A stretch of DNA of 64,000 nt, taken from the NCBI GenBank assembly GCA_002633005.1, contig NMRA01000006.1:874357-938356 (forward strand), given 5' to 3'. How positions within the stretch are numbered: position 1 is the stretch's first letter; the number at the start of each line of letters is the position of its first letter. This DNA is from Phoronis australis (Eukaryota > Animalia > Phoronida). A model generated the notes under the pieces. That model worked only from the letters and a program-made list of their open reading frames with translations. It did not search any database and was not told where the DNA came from. The position numbers and the translations under genes were made by a program. This document shows, piece by piece, positions 13,970-27,700 of this stretch.

Positions 13970-15469
13970 TATCGGATACGTATGTGTGGGGGAGGGGTTA
14001 ATTTGCACTAGTGCCACCCTTAGGTGGAGAAATTTATCACAATTGTGAAGTACGTTGCACTAGTTTAAACAGCGTCCAGATAGCCTCCAAACCTAGCAAC
14101 ACGGCTAGTTCCAGGAGTAACTTGTTTTAAGGTGAGACTGTGGACGGCACTATACTGAAAATGCACTAGTCGCGATAAACCGCTCGAAGTACGGTATGTG
14201 ATATTCCACATTACGCCGTAAAAAAGTTAACAACTCATAAGTTTCAACTGACAATTCTTCGTCGTAATCATAGCACGGAATACTGTTGCACGAAGCGGCA
14301 AAAACTTCAGTAGCATTTGCAATATTTTCAGGTTACAACGCCCCCTAACAGAAAACCAAATAAAACTCCGAAGCGCGTTGCATGCCTTACAACGTAAAAA
14401 TAAAACATGTCTCATAATTTCGAGACACCCTCTCTTTCCATCTCACCAATGCTCTGTATTTATACCCGAGTTGTTCATTGTAGGTGGCGGCGCACACTTA
14501 TCACCTGATCACCAGTGATACGGAACGACCGGAATGATTTAGGTTTTAAGAAAGTTGCAATCCAAGCACCGTAGCTTATGATCGTCCACCAGTGCCTAGA
14601 TAAGTGTGCGAGCGAGATGTTATAGTTAATAGTTTTCCCTTTGTGTTGTAGTAACTGTGACCTCAAACAACTTGGGAACGAATGGAAATATAATGCTTAA
14701 GTCGAGATTACTGTGTTGAGTCACTAGACACTGTTTAGTCCCGTTTAGACATCAACTTAAATGTCCCGGCGCAACAGACACACAACTCACTAACTGTGGC
14801 AAGACGGAAATTGTAGGCTGGAGAGTGTATCACACATGCGCAGGTTTACAAATCACGGGAGACGAACAGACAAAGAACCCGTATTAAGGTCATTACATAA
14901 GCGCAGAAGAGATCCTTTCCGCCTTGCCCGGTTACGCGTTTAGACACATAATTGACACGGAGCAAGATGATCTAGCGCAAATTGCTCTACCTCACAAACG
15001 GGTGGCAACAGTTGTCACCGCGGTGTCAATTTGCTTCAGTTCAGTTCCGTTTACACACATACTTGAGCTGGAACAGCTCGTTCCATGTCAGCTGATCCGT
15101 GTCAACTTTTGTAGTGTAAACGGCACTTTTGATGCATACATAAACAGAACTGTATTCACGAGTCCTAAGCGGACTGATAATATTCGAAGTCCCTCGCCAC
15201 TCTCAAACTTCAATTTCCCTCTCAAGGAAGTATTGCACATACTGCTTGGCGAATTTTTGACATTTTAAAAGCACTGGCCAAACATGTGTAGAACAATGCG
15301 GTTCCGATTATGAAATACTGGACTTGGATGGAGAAGCAAGGAGTTACATAATTAAGAACGGCCTCACAAGCGGATGCACTTAAGTTTGAAGCACTAAACG
15401 ACTCATTAATGATTGCAGATGAGGTTGAAAGACCACTAAACTCATGATTGATTAATTTCACGTCAGCTA

Positions 15470-16450
15470 AAAAGTCCGCTCGACTCACGCATGATTATAA
15501 TTACACGGGAGCTTGAAACACCACTTGGCTCTCGCATGATTAAATTAAACATCAGCTTAAAATGCCATTGGACTCACGTATGAATAATTACACGTGAGCT
15601 TGAATCACCGCTCGATTCACGTATGATTAATTACACGGGAACTTGAAACACCACTTGACTCTCGCATGATTAAATTAAACATCAGCTTAAAATGCCATTG
15701 GACTCACGTATGAATAATTACACGTGAGCTTGAATCACCGCTCGATTCATGTATGATTAATTACACGGGAACTTGAAACACCACTTGACTCTCGCATGAT
15801 TAATTACACGGCAGCTTGAAACACCACTTGACTCTCGCATGATTAATTAAACAACAGCTTAAAATGCCATTGTACTCACGTATAAATAATTATACGCGTG
15901 AGCTTGAAACACCGCATGACTCACGCATGATTAAGTACTCGTGAGCTTGAAACATCGGTATCTTAAATTACGCATGAGCTTGAAACTTTAAGTGATTTGT
16001 ATGTAACTGCACATGAACGTGAAACAACGCGTGACTCACGTATGATTAGGTCTTCAAATAAACTGATCCAAAAACACCATTTGGGTCATGTATGATTACC
16101 ACCGAGTACGAAACACTATTTAACTCACGTACTATTACACGTGAGCATGAAACACCAGTTGATACAGACGCACACGCTCACTCACGCACGCTTACATATA
16201 GACCTGTATATATGTTTACAACTGAGCTTGGAACACCAGTTGACACACACGCACACGCACGCACACACACACACCTGTATATATGTTTAGAACTAAGCTT
16301 GGAACACCAGGTGACACACACACGCATACGCACATACGCACACAGATGTATACCTGCATACATGATTACAACTGAGCTTGGAACACCAAGTGACAGATGT
16401 GTAATTAAAACTATTTTACTAACGAGTTTGAAACACCATTGCTGCATTGT
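15470..16450. repeat. ~38-bp minisatellite (gcttgaaacaccacttgactctcgcatgattaattacacggga) with a ~113-bp higher-order unit, decaying into CA-rich units
   Basis: More than 15 tandem imperfect units; an A-B-C triplet is repeated almost exactly at ~15500-15725. Confidence 0.9.
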
Positions 16451-16676
16451 GACAGCAGAGTCAGACTACGTTAATGTTAATTAATTTACAAATGAGTGAA
16501 AAGCCGTCAACCATAACATCGAATCAAATGGACAGTGATTATACCAAAATAAATAATGTTTTATTTATCATAATAATAGAAATAACATTTTCCATGTCCA
16601 GTAACGTAGAAAATATATCTGAAACTAAATAAGGCGATCCAGATCCTCCCAAGGATACTATTGTTTCGTGAAATGA

Positions 16677-17051
16677 AGAATATAAATCGGTAAATAAAAC
16701 AACAAGAATGGATCAACTGAAATTTGAAATTTTCGGAGGTAACAACTTCCTTTATCAACAAAAACAGAAATAAAGTAAAATCAAACACGAAATGACAATT
16801 GACATATAAGATATGGTGTAATGAAAATGATACATTTTTGCGTAAAAAATTCAATGACATATTTTAAGTTTTTATGTTCAATCCATGAGGTTCTATTGTA
16901 NTTTCATTACACCATATCTTATATGTCAATTGTCATTTCGTGTTTGATTTTACTTTATTTCTGTTTTTGTTGATAAAGGAAGTTGTTACCTCCGAAAATT
17001 TCAAATTTCAGTTGATCCATTCTTGTTGTTTTATTTACCGATTTATATTCT
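16677..17051. repeat. Perfect 150-bp inverted duplication (16677-16826 vs 16902-17051) starting right after N16901
   Basis: Direct reverse-complement match; the right arm begins at the ambiguous base, suggesting an assembly join. Confidence 0.85.
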
Positions 17052-19217
17052 CCATGTCCAGGAAATGCTTACCATTGCTTACATTACATGAAATTACGAA
17101 ATCGTAAATCCTAAAACAAAATATGAACAAATATTACAAGTCTGCTAAGTTTTGTTACAATAACCACGCTCCCAAACAGAGCAGACTAGATTATTCACGA
17201 GTGGCATTTCACAGGCTTCCTGCCGAGACAGCATGACAGCACACATATGACGCTAAAGATATGACGTCAAACATATAACGCCAAAGACATGACTTTAGCC
17301 ATGACGTAACAACACCTATGATGCCCTCATTGTCATGACGACTTTTAAGCTGCAGTGATGTCTATGTACAAATAAAAATAAAAATAAACGCACATATCAG
17401 GTGTCCCAAAACCTCCCAATTATAACATAACATGTTTTTACAAAATTATATGAGCTATAAATACGAAATTGGCACAGATGATATATAAGATATTTGTCTA
17501 GATACCGAGCTCTTAGTCTTAACTGTAAAATGACGTCATAAATTAGTGGACATGCCGAAAGTGATTTTTCTCAGTAAAACTATTACTATATGACAATTTT
17601 GCCAAATGAATGTTTTCTCTTCGTGCGCATTTTCCTCAAGCTGTAGCTTATTGTTATTCCGATGTCTCCAGTGCTCAACAAATAAACTGTTCACCTTTAC
17701 CTGAGATATAGGAGTAAGAAGCTTTTCTTTAGTAGTGGGACAAATTTGAGTGACTGCGCGGTTGCCATCAGCTTTGCTCCACACAAAGTCGCCACTAACA
17801 TTGTCTTCGCCCCCCTCCAGTTTGGTGCCTCCTGCTTGACTCCAAAACGATTCAATACATATTTTTTCGTGCCTCCAACTTCATGTGTGGCAAACTTGTA
17901 AGGATACTAAACCCTGTTTTTGTGAGATTGTGATGAATAGCAATATCTCGCGAATGCTTGTGTTAAAACACTTTTATGCCATGGAGGCAAATGAAGGACA
18001 TAATTCACTGCTCCTTGTCGACTTTAACGAGCATCACGTGCACTTTGTACCCACCCGGGGTTTCAACAAGTTCTACCACGTCGTTTTCAACATTGCCGAG
18101 AGAGTACATTCGCAAACGAATCGATTGGACGTCGTCGCTTGCAGCCACAAAAGGAACAGATCTGAAGACCATGACTCTACAATATGCGATGCGATGATGC
18201 AAGCAGTGACGGGATGGATCAGCAAACAACGAGGTCGGCAATAATCGATTGAGTCGAAACAGTTCGACCTGGTCGACCACTACCTCAACGTGGTGGATCA
18301 CCACATCGCTGTTGTGAATTATGTCTCTCATCTGCCATAACTTTTTCACTTTGTCACAACTGAAGTAGAGGTGTGCAGGTTTCACGAGTAGAAGATTAAC
18401 GCGCCCACAGCGTTAGTAACAGTTGCCGAATTAGAAGACTTTTCTAATGAGTTTCCAAACTTGGTCTAAACGTCTGACTGTTAGCGAGGGCAAAGAATAT
18501 CGCTTTTTCATATACTTAAGTGATCTGTATCTGTTAATAGGCTAAAACATGGTTCACTGTCCTTTTAAATTAGTTGCGTACAACGAGTAGATGGAAGTAC
18601 ATTGATCACTCGTCATTTACAGAAATACTGATGCATCAGATTACGTTGCTTTTTATTCTTAATGTGGAAGCAACGATGTTTGGAAAATTCAACTTTCTAT
18701 TTTCCACATTTTTCGTGCTTACCTGCCAAATCATGGACAATTGATATCCCATTGACAACCGTACAAAAATCGTATTAAAGGTTCGCAAGATAATGATTCC
18801 TGAATGCTTTAAAATTGGTTCTAATCCAGTTTAGTACATTTGTAACAACATTTTCGAAGATTCGAGAAGTGTCTAACAAACGTGCTATTTAAGATTTCCA
18901 CAATCGCGTTAAGTGGAAGCAATGAGCTTTATCTTTTGTGGATTATAGACTTCGCAAAAATTTGCGTGGTGACAACTCTTGCAACGATATAAGAAACATT
19001 CTTTTTAACAAAACTTGAGCAACAAATCATGCAATAAATAACACTGAAGATAGACAAAACAGAATAATACAGTCGTAATACTTGTCAAAGAACACATCCG
19101 CAGCGTACGGCAGACACGTTCCTTGGCTACAATTAATTTACAGACTGAATTGTGCCGTCGAATCGGTGTCGCCGATGATCAAGTCGCAGACAACGGTTTA
19201 CAAGCTGGGCGACCACG

Positions 19218-19492
19218 TCACGTGCGTTCGCCCGAAATTACTGACCTATACGTGGGCTTTACAGACAGGCCACATTTCATGAAAGTCCTTCTGCTTTGTA
19301 GTCGTTGTCTATCTCTCTCCCGCCGCTTTTTACACTTCAATCGTTGTCGACGCGGCTTTATGTGTTTACAAGTCTTCCGCCTACGTCTCCGCTTACGGTG
19401 TCTGTTACGTTGTCGCCTACGCTTAGATGCTTTTCCTTCCTTGTCCCTGTTTGGTTTTTTTCTTTTTGCCTTGCCACCATGGCCCGATAAAT
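19218..19492 (-). CDS. RSPO: R-spondin terminal exon, Arg/Lys-rich basic tail
   Basis: gttttcag|DLSGHGGKAKRKKPNRDKEGKASKRRRQRNRHRKRRRRRKTCKHIKPRRQRLKCKKRRERDRQRLQSRRTFMKCGLSVKPTYRSVISGERT*. Confidence 0.88.
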
Positions 19493-21742
19493 CTGAAAAC
19501 CAAATTCGTTGTATGACAACTAACTTTTCGAACTATCACATATTTGCACTAGGCAACCGTTTTTTTTAAGATATATTTTTGAAACAACATTTGTGAACAA
19601 TCGAATATTTAGAGCATTTAAACTTCAAGATTTTTGTAACCTGATAAATGACTTCTTTCCTGGTGCTTACAGATTTTCTTTCTTTTTCTGTGAATATATT
19701 CATTGCTAAAAATCTCCACGTGTGCGTGTGATTCGCTGAACGCCATCTTGATCTTCTCAGAAGAAATGAATTCAAAAGAATACCGCGTCGTTCCGTTCCT
19801 ACTCACCGACGCACGACTGCATCGCCATTTCACAGCATTTTTTCTCGGAGGTAACTGGACACCTTTTTCCATTGGGCGATGGGAGTTGCACTACAGCCCT
19901 CGTGCGGCTAGTCTGTCCATATTTATAACCACATGTTTTTCCATTTCGAGCACAATAACTCCACTGACTCCACGATGACACCAAACAATCCACTGAGGAA
20001 ACAGATCATAAGAATACATTTAGCACATTAATTATACACATATACAAATCGCGATTTCTTAATTGATAATTAATGAATTTAATTCCATAATTCCCCATTC
20101 CAATGGCACCGACTCAAAAATCCCTTCAGTGATCGCCATTTTGATAGGATAGATTTTTAAGCTAACGAAACACCTTTCCACAGCATGATTTGCGAGGTCT
20201 TGCGAGATCTTGCTTTTCTCGCAAGAAACTTTAGTCTACGGAACCCTACCCAGTGTTTAGTGTTACTTTTCGAAATGAAGGGCTACTATACTAAAATAAC
20301 CTTCAGATGCGTTTTGTTTTTGCTCACAGTACACTGCAGGAATATCACCATAGACATGAACCGCCAACTCCGTATATTTCAATGGACGAAATCTGTGATC
20401 TTACGCATAAGCCGTGACGTCATTATTCACTAGCGACACCTGACAAAATTAGCAAATTTCACTTCCGGCAAGTACGTCGTCTGCTAATCATGGTCGGCTG
20501 TTGTTTGGTGTGGTGCTAAAAGTACTCAAGATACCAACAGTTCTATCATTACAAGACTTTGAACAGCGTTTCAATACCGAATTTTTTCGTTGTACTGGGC
20601 AGTAAAACAGATGCTAGAATTTCCCGTCACAATACACTAACCGGAAACTGAAATTGGTAATTTAGGAGAGTGGCGCTACCTCTAAGATAGTACCGTAGAA
20701 AATATTGGAGTTGTGAATCTGTTGTCTGTAATCTATGGAATCACAACTTACTGAACTCTTTTAGCTAAAAATACGACCAAGGCTTGACCACTTACCATTT
20801 TCAACGCACTCTCTTGAGTAATTAGCGTAGATAAAACCCTCTGGGCACTTGTCTATACACCGTCCAGAATAGGCTAAATATGGCGGCAAACAATGGGTGC
20901 AGTAATTCTTATGAAAACAGGCTTCACAGTTCTCGATTCGACATCCTAAAGGGAAAATTATTCGATATTAATACATTATAAGGTATAATATATCGAATAT
21001 GCTATAACATAAATTATCAACCTGGCTTTGAATTTCGCATACCTAAACGTATCTATGGCTGTTCATTGTTGATCATCGTATGCAGTTTTATATCTTTGTC
21101 ATAAATAGGCGAAGATACGGCAGCGCAATACCTGTATTATTCAACTGGGAAATAAGGACGAGCTACTTTTCCGTATTTCATATGCAAAATAACAACCGTT
21201 GTTCTCATTAAAATTTAGGCAATATTACTAGGAATTACAGTAGCTATTTCACTGTGGAGAATCTGAGGTTATTCACAGTCTCTAGTGTACTGTCATCTCT
21301 ACACTTGTTATACTGGTCGCAATGCAAAATCACCACGGCCAACCCGCGATCATGAACGCACGGAAGGCGATCGAGAACGAGACTGCACCAAAAATGGCAG
21401 ACAACAGTGACGTACCCGGTGAGTTTTAGTTTCACTTTCTTCTGAAATAGAGGATACTTTGGTACGAATGCGACACACAGAAAAGCGTCAGAGTTTAGCC
21501 TTTGTAACAGCTGAGGATCTGAAATAATACTTATCTTTTGCTTATTTTTTAAAATAAAGAGCTCAGAAAGCAATGGCTTTCGGTAAAATGCTTTGCGCCT
21601 CGTAAAATTGACAATTTCTGCTTGTTACTAGCAATTACAAGGTTCTTCAGTGGAGACGCGTGACGTTTATAGTTTAATCGTGCCTGGTGACACGACCTTT
21701 GGAGCTGCTGTATGTATGTGTATATATATATAGACACACACA

Positions 21743-21780
<38 letters not shown>

Positions 21781-24700
21781 ACACACACACNTATACATGT
21801 ATATTGTAGTTAGAGCCAATAAACTTTGTGTGTTCTTATAGCCTTCAATCGATGTAGTCAGTTTTTATCTCCATCTAACAAGCAACGAACCGGTTAGACT
21901 CCACAGCAGTCTACAACCTCAGCAAATATCCCACACCTACAGGTTCACAATGTTTTTAAGAAGGTGTGTATTCAATGGGTTTCATCTAGTTTTCATACCC
22001 TTTCGTTTCAACCAACATGGCGCAAGGGCCTTTTAGTCAAACTCATTCATTATACTTACGATAACATTTGCTAAAGCCTTCTCTTCGTATCCCATAGTAC
22101 CCTACCGGGCACGCATGCGTGCACATGCCCGTCTGACGCATGCCGTCACGGTGAAGTAAGAGGAAGAGGTCCTTGCGACACGTGATACAGCCGTTAATTG
22201 GGGAGCAGGCGGTACAGCCCTGCGGACACAGCGGCCCGGTTAAGGCTGTAAGAAAAAAGGCAATTACATTCTCGCGTCTGAAATCCGGGCTGCGTCCCAT
22301 AGAAAAGCGAGGTCACAGGACATTGTCATGTATTACAAGTGAAGCACGTGATCACACTTCCTGTACTCGTGAGTACCTTGTGTCTGCAGAACGCGGCCCG
22401 ATAAGCGGACCGATAAAAAAATTATGCGCGAAAGGTATTAAAGCTAGAAATTACGCGTGCTTCCCGCGTCACAATTTATCTGCTACTATGAACCGACCTA
22501 CCCAAATAAGCTACTCAACGTTATAAATCTGGAATCAACTTGTTCTTTGCGCAGATCTGGACCCGCAGCGGAATCTTTTTGCTGAAGGTGGAACAAAAAA
22601 TATTTTTGGCGTGTTCTATTCTACTTTTGTGAGAATTCAAGATAAGTGTCTAATACTTTATGGATGAGTACATAATAGCTTAGGTGAGTGGAAGACTGCC
22701 TAATCCTCATTGCTACTGAGACTAAACTAATGAGTCTGAACTCAATATTTCGAGAGAAAACTCGGAATGTTGAGTTTTTACTCGAGTTTTTACCTCAGTG
22801 GAGGTCATCAAATGCGAACTTGGATTAGAGACTCATTTGAAAAATAACATAATACTCGAACACAGAGTATAAAAATACACTTCTTATCTTGAGTTCGGCA
22901 CAAAAGTAGATCCAAAATGCCAAACATAATTTCGACGTCTATTTCGAGTCGAAACATTAAGCCGTCCTGTTCCCACTCAGAAGTGAGCTTTGTAAGGACT
23001 GACAGTTAGTCTTTACTTGGCGCTAAATGTATAAAACGACTCGCCGACTCAAGCTAACTAGTTGAGCATTACTCAAAACAAGATATCCAAAAAAATTTTA
23101 TTTTTTGCCGTTTACACTTCCCCTCGATCCATGTATTAAATATTTTAAGTATGTGCTGTTACATAACAGTGTATACTAACTCTTTGTTATATAAGATGAA
23201 GATTGTTAATTCAGATAAATGTCACTATTGTAATCTAGTACAGAATACTGAACACATGTTTTCCCATTGTGATGTGGTGCAAAGATTATTGATTAATGTT
23301 CAGGATATTTTGCCATCTTTCCTTAAGGAAGACGTCAGAATAACCAAGAATGAATTCATGTTTTGCCATTTAGTTCTGAATTCTCCCTGTTGATTAATTA
23401 AGTTATCACTATCGCCCAATAATTTATTTATTTACGTAGCCAACAACATTTGCATCGAGATTGGTTTGCCCTTAAGTTATTCATGTCAAAATATATTAAA
23501 ATTGCAATATTTAATTTTCAAAAACAAAAAGAACCGGACAATATTAATATTAAAATGTGGGAGAGCCTCAGTGCTGCCATGCAATGAATCTGTAATATCT
23601 GTAATATACTTAATTCATATATTGTTTAGTAGTATTATCATTAAATGATGAAGTGTGTGAATGAGTGTGTGAGTGTGTGAGTGGAAGTCCTTACCCCGTT
23701 TCCTTGTTCACCCTTTCACCCTTTAAAAAATTATAAGTGTATATTGTTGGAGAATAAAATTATTGAAAAAAAAAAGTTGAGCCTGATCTCGAGTGACATC
23801 TTTACTAGTTCTTCCAGACCCCTTCAAACCTATCACTTTTAACCCGAACAAAGAGCAGGTTAATATTACTTTTCATAACGATAAATGGTCCAAAACAAAA
23901 TGCGTTATTTTGCCAGAAGTGGGTTTATTTCACCTTTAGATAATAAAATCAGCATCCGCACCGTATGTTTACAGGAGTGTGCACATGTCTTCAGAAATAT
24001 ATACAAGAACATGCTATGTCTGATCTCTGTGTAAGCGTCGCATTCAAGAGAGAATTGTATCTCATTTTCAAATCAATTTTCCAGCAAATAATGTTAATAT
24101 ATTATCATCATCGTCGTCGTCGTCGTTGTCGTTGTTGTTACTATTATCATTACTATTATTGTTATTATCATTGTTATTATCACCATTATCATTTACATTA
24201 TATTCATTATATGAAGAGAATAAGCCCTTTTCCGATATCTTCCCATGCCACTCACTGATACTTATGTGAAACTTGTTCGAGTGCTTAAGCTGATAACCAT
24301 CTGAGGACCATGTGCTCGTGTGAAGCTTTTTCGATTCATTGTCCGTACTAGCAATGGCCAGCGAGGGAATCTTAGCAGTAGCTGCTATCTGTACTCCGCT
24401 CGTGTAGCAACTAGTTTATTATTCTGGACGTACAGGAATTATTCTTACTAAAAAAATAGTCTCATGGTTGTAAAACTAAATGAGAAGTTTTCTTCATATG
24501 CTACGCTCAGATTTAACCGTGTAATCACCAAGAAAATAATGCATCTAGTTGGACGAACATCTACCATTATCAGTTCAGCCTGTAAGGAATGTCATTTGTT
24601 CGACATATGTACCGAGTAGGACTAAAAGACCCAGTGTCCAAAGAGCCCCGTTTCGGGACATCAAAGGGATAGTAGAGTTGGCGAAAAATGTCGCTCTACC

Positions 24701-27700
24701 ATGCCCATTAAACGTCGTTTTAAGGAGTTTAAACAAGACCATTTTCATTTTTTCTTGCAATATTCCCTCAGGCAATTTCGTCACGTGTGCTTAAATCAAC
24801 CCGAATCTGTTTTGAGTTAAAAGCACAATTGTAACTGATGAGGAAGACAAAGTAAAAATTATCTGAATGACAGTATTTTTAGACTAATTACAGAAAAGTC
24901 ATGAAAGTGGGGGTGAAATGAACAATTCAAATGGAGCTCGAGGGTACTTAGCAAAGCGGACCGTAAATCAAGAAACGCAGAACTATAAGTTTGACATTTG
25001 TGCACAAAAAGAGTTTCCCATAATCCTGGCGGCAACAAACGAAGGTGGCATGAAATTTGAAATGGAAGTTGTTGAAATCGACCGATATGCACCAGAAAAC
25101 AAGTATGTTCTACTCCCAAATTCTACTTTGTACCAACCGTTAGCGGATGCCCTACTAACCAATATAATCACAAATGTCACATCAAATGTAAATCCACCAA
25201 CAATAAGAGTTATGCGAATGTTGACCTCACTCTTCGCGTCATTCTCTATGTTCGTGTTACGAGAAATTAGTAGTTCTAGTAGTGACACACTTTATTCACA
25301 ATACACATTAGCAAATACAAATTAAAATATTCCGAGTTTACGGAGACTCAGTGCATACGTGGTACGTACTCAGTTTATCTGTCTTCCCAAACGTTGCTCT
25401 TTCAACACTTAAGTGTTTTCAAAACAACCAAAGTTAATACGGAACCTTGATAATATTTTTGAATTTCTGGTGGCGTAACAACAAAATGGCAGTTGAACAA
25501 CATTGAATTTCGCTTTTTATGAATCGACAGTAAAAAACAAAAGCATACAAGGCTGTAATTTCCGAAACGCCGTTATTTTAATGGAATTTCTCGATTGATA
25601 AAACACTTTATGAGTTCTAAACTTAGGAAATGTCTTTAAAAGCATTGAGGAAGTCATTGGACACTTCGTTTGCAGTGCCAACTATCATTTACTAACGAGC
25701 GGCAACTGTTTTGCCTGTGCTGTATATGAGATAGGTTGGGATGGCGGCTTTATAGTATTATACATAATTTTGCATAAAAAACAAAGGTAAATATTTGGTA
25801 CAAGGATCAGCCAAAAATCAAAACTTATGAGATAATTGGATTCCAAGTTGTTAAAATTATACATACGGTGAAACAACTCTTTGAATTACTGTACATTCAT
25901 TGAATGACATGTTCAGAGATTTCCACGCAGCAACAAAAAATACGACCTGAGATTGGCTCGGTTTTGTTATCACTAAAATGAATGATGCTGCACGTGGCAA
26001 CCACTGGACGTATGAATTACCGCCACAAATGGCTGAATCAAAAATAAACCTGACTATACCAAGAACAACAAAAAATATTTTCTTAACCCAAGACTTCTTA
26101 GGTAAGCCACTGGTTTGCTTCTATGAGTTCACGTGAATGGACTAGCGTTGAGACGGACTGGTCAATCAGTTTGAAGAGCCAATCGATGGAACATTGGCCT
26201 ACAAAATCTTAACTCATACTAAAAGTAAGCAAATGGCTCGGATGGCTTCTGCTTCATTTATTGAGTCGATTACTGAACATTTATTCGTTAGTTTTGTCAA
26301 TATAAAAAATAATAACACCAAGCTGAAGCTCTTTCAAAGCTATGGGGACCTCCGTGCATTGGTGCTACACATACAACTAGTCCCACATAATCAAAGAAAT
26401 TAAACCTGTGCAACTGGACTATGGTACTTACTAAAATCCTTATGCTCTTGGGAACAGTGCTATAGACCATATCTCGCGAGAACACAGCGGTAAGCTCCAC
26501 CTGTCCCGCCAGACCAATCATTCAACCGTTCCTCAAGAAGGGAGCGGGACACTCCCAGGAGTTAAAGGATGTCAGTAAGTACCAGAGTCCATCTGAACAG
26601 ATTATGAACTTTCCTGGATGGATAGAGATTTACATTTCAAGGTAAGCCTAAACACGTATATACTGTACATACATACACACAGTCAAGACACATAAACAGA
26701 TAGACAAACATGCATTCCCCTATGTAAACGTACAAACATGCACACAGATAATCCCACATGCAGGCCTGCATACTACTACATGCAGACCTGCATACCTACA
26801 TGTAGCCTTGGTACAAAGCTGTATACTAAATATATAGCGTTGCGCCGATGTGGGTAAAAAAGTGGTAAGATAAATCAAAATTAGTGTCATTAAAAACTAC
26901 AGTCTTCCTTGAGTATATAAGATTATTTAACGGTGTTGGAAAAATGGCGTTCTACCGTTATTCTGCAGTGGCGGATCTAGGATATCACAAGGGGGGGGCG
27001 AACATTTGTCTGTAAACATTTGCGCAAAGCACGATTGTAGATGCGCATAGCACCCAATGGGGGGAGGTCGGGAAATTTTTCTGTTTTTTCCTCTAAAAAT
27101 CAAGCATTTTCCTTGATTCCCGAAGTATTATCCAAGAAAAAAGGCAAAAAGAAAAGAAAAAAAAAAAAACACGAAGAAAGTGTCAAACAGGAAAAACTGC
27201 ATGTACTTCAGACTCGAAATCACGACCTGACGGATAGAGCGCGCGTGCTTTACCACTGCACCACCACGATTTAACTCCTAATTAGCTACTAAATGACCTA
27301 CTTGTTTATGGTCCACAGCGCGCGAAACCTTCTTCTTTTTGTAATGTTTATTACACTTTTTACATTTTGTGCAATCAGTTCGTAACAGATTTGTTGTATT
27401 TAAAATAGTCTTCAATTGCCCAAAAGACCAAATCCGTTATTTTGTGTTGGCATTAATGACGCGATTGCTTTGGAAATCGTGTTAAGGTTTGACAAAGAGA
27501 GAATTATGAGTTTCTGAGTGTTTCACTAAGGCTTCGATTAAAATTCACATCTTACCAGCAGCTTCTGTTTTTTCATCGTCACTCAGATTCCATTTTCTTT
27601 AAAAAATGAAGTAATTTTCTTCATTGCACATTGAAGCAGACGACGGAAACGGAGTCGTAGAGCGCAGCGCCACTGCTGGTCGCCTGGGATATCGCGGGAG

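Larger units (their letters stand above)
11333..14152. mobile_element. ~2.8-kb decayed DNA transposon with ~100-bp imperfect TIRs, a THAP relic and a nested 660-bp insertion
   Basis: tgccgtccactgacagacttaccctagaacaagttacttctggaac...gtgcaac (11336-11433) matches the reverse complement of 14053-14149 (gttgcactagtttaaacagcgtcc...gttccaggagtaacttgttttaaggtgagactgtggacggca). Confidence 0.75.

Noticed and set aside
15470-16450. Regular ~38-bp repeats as a CRISPR-like array (also 985-1180 and 49830-53000)
   Set aside because: No unique spacers, no cas genes, eukaryotic spliced context; these are tandem repeats.
16677-17051. Perfect 150-bp hairpin as a functional RNA or foldback element
   Set aside because: One arm starts exactly at N16901 with no mismatches; most simply an assembly join artefact.
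17536-18385. Overlapping 82-126 aa ORFs downstream of RSPO
   Set aside because: No recognisable domain, interrupted by stops when extended, no consistent splice structure.
19123-19569. 148-aa plus-strand ORF
   Set aside because: Antisense shadow of the Arg/Lys-rich R-spondin last exon.
24918-25325. 135-aa intronic ORF
   Set aside because: No motif recognised and low complexity at the 3' end; cannot be supported without a database search.
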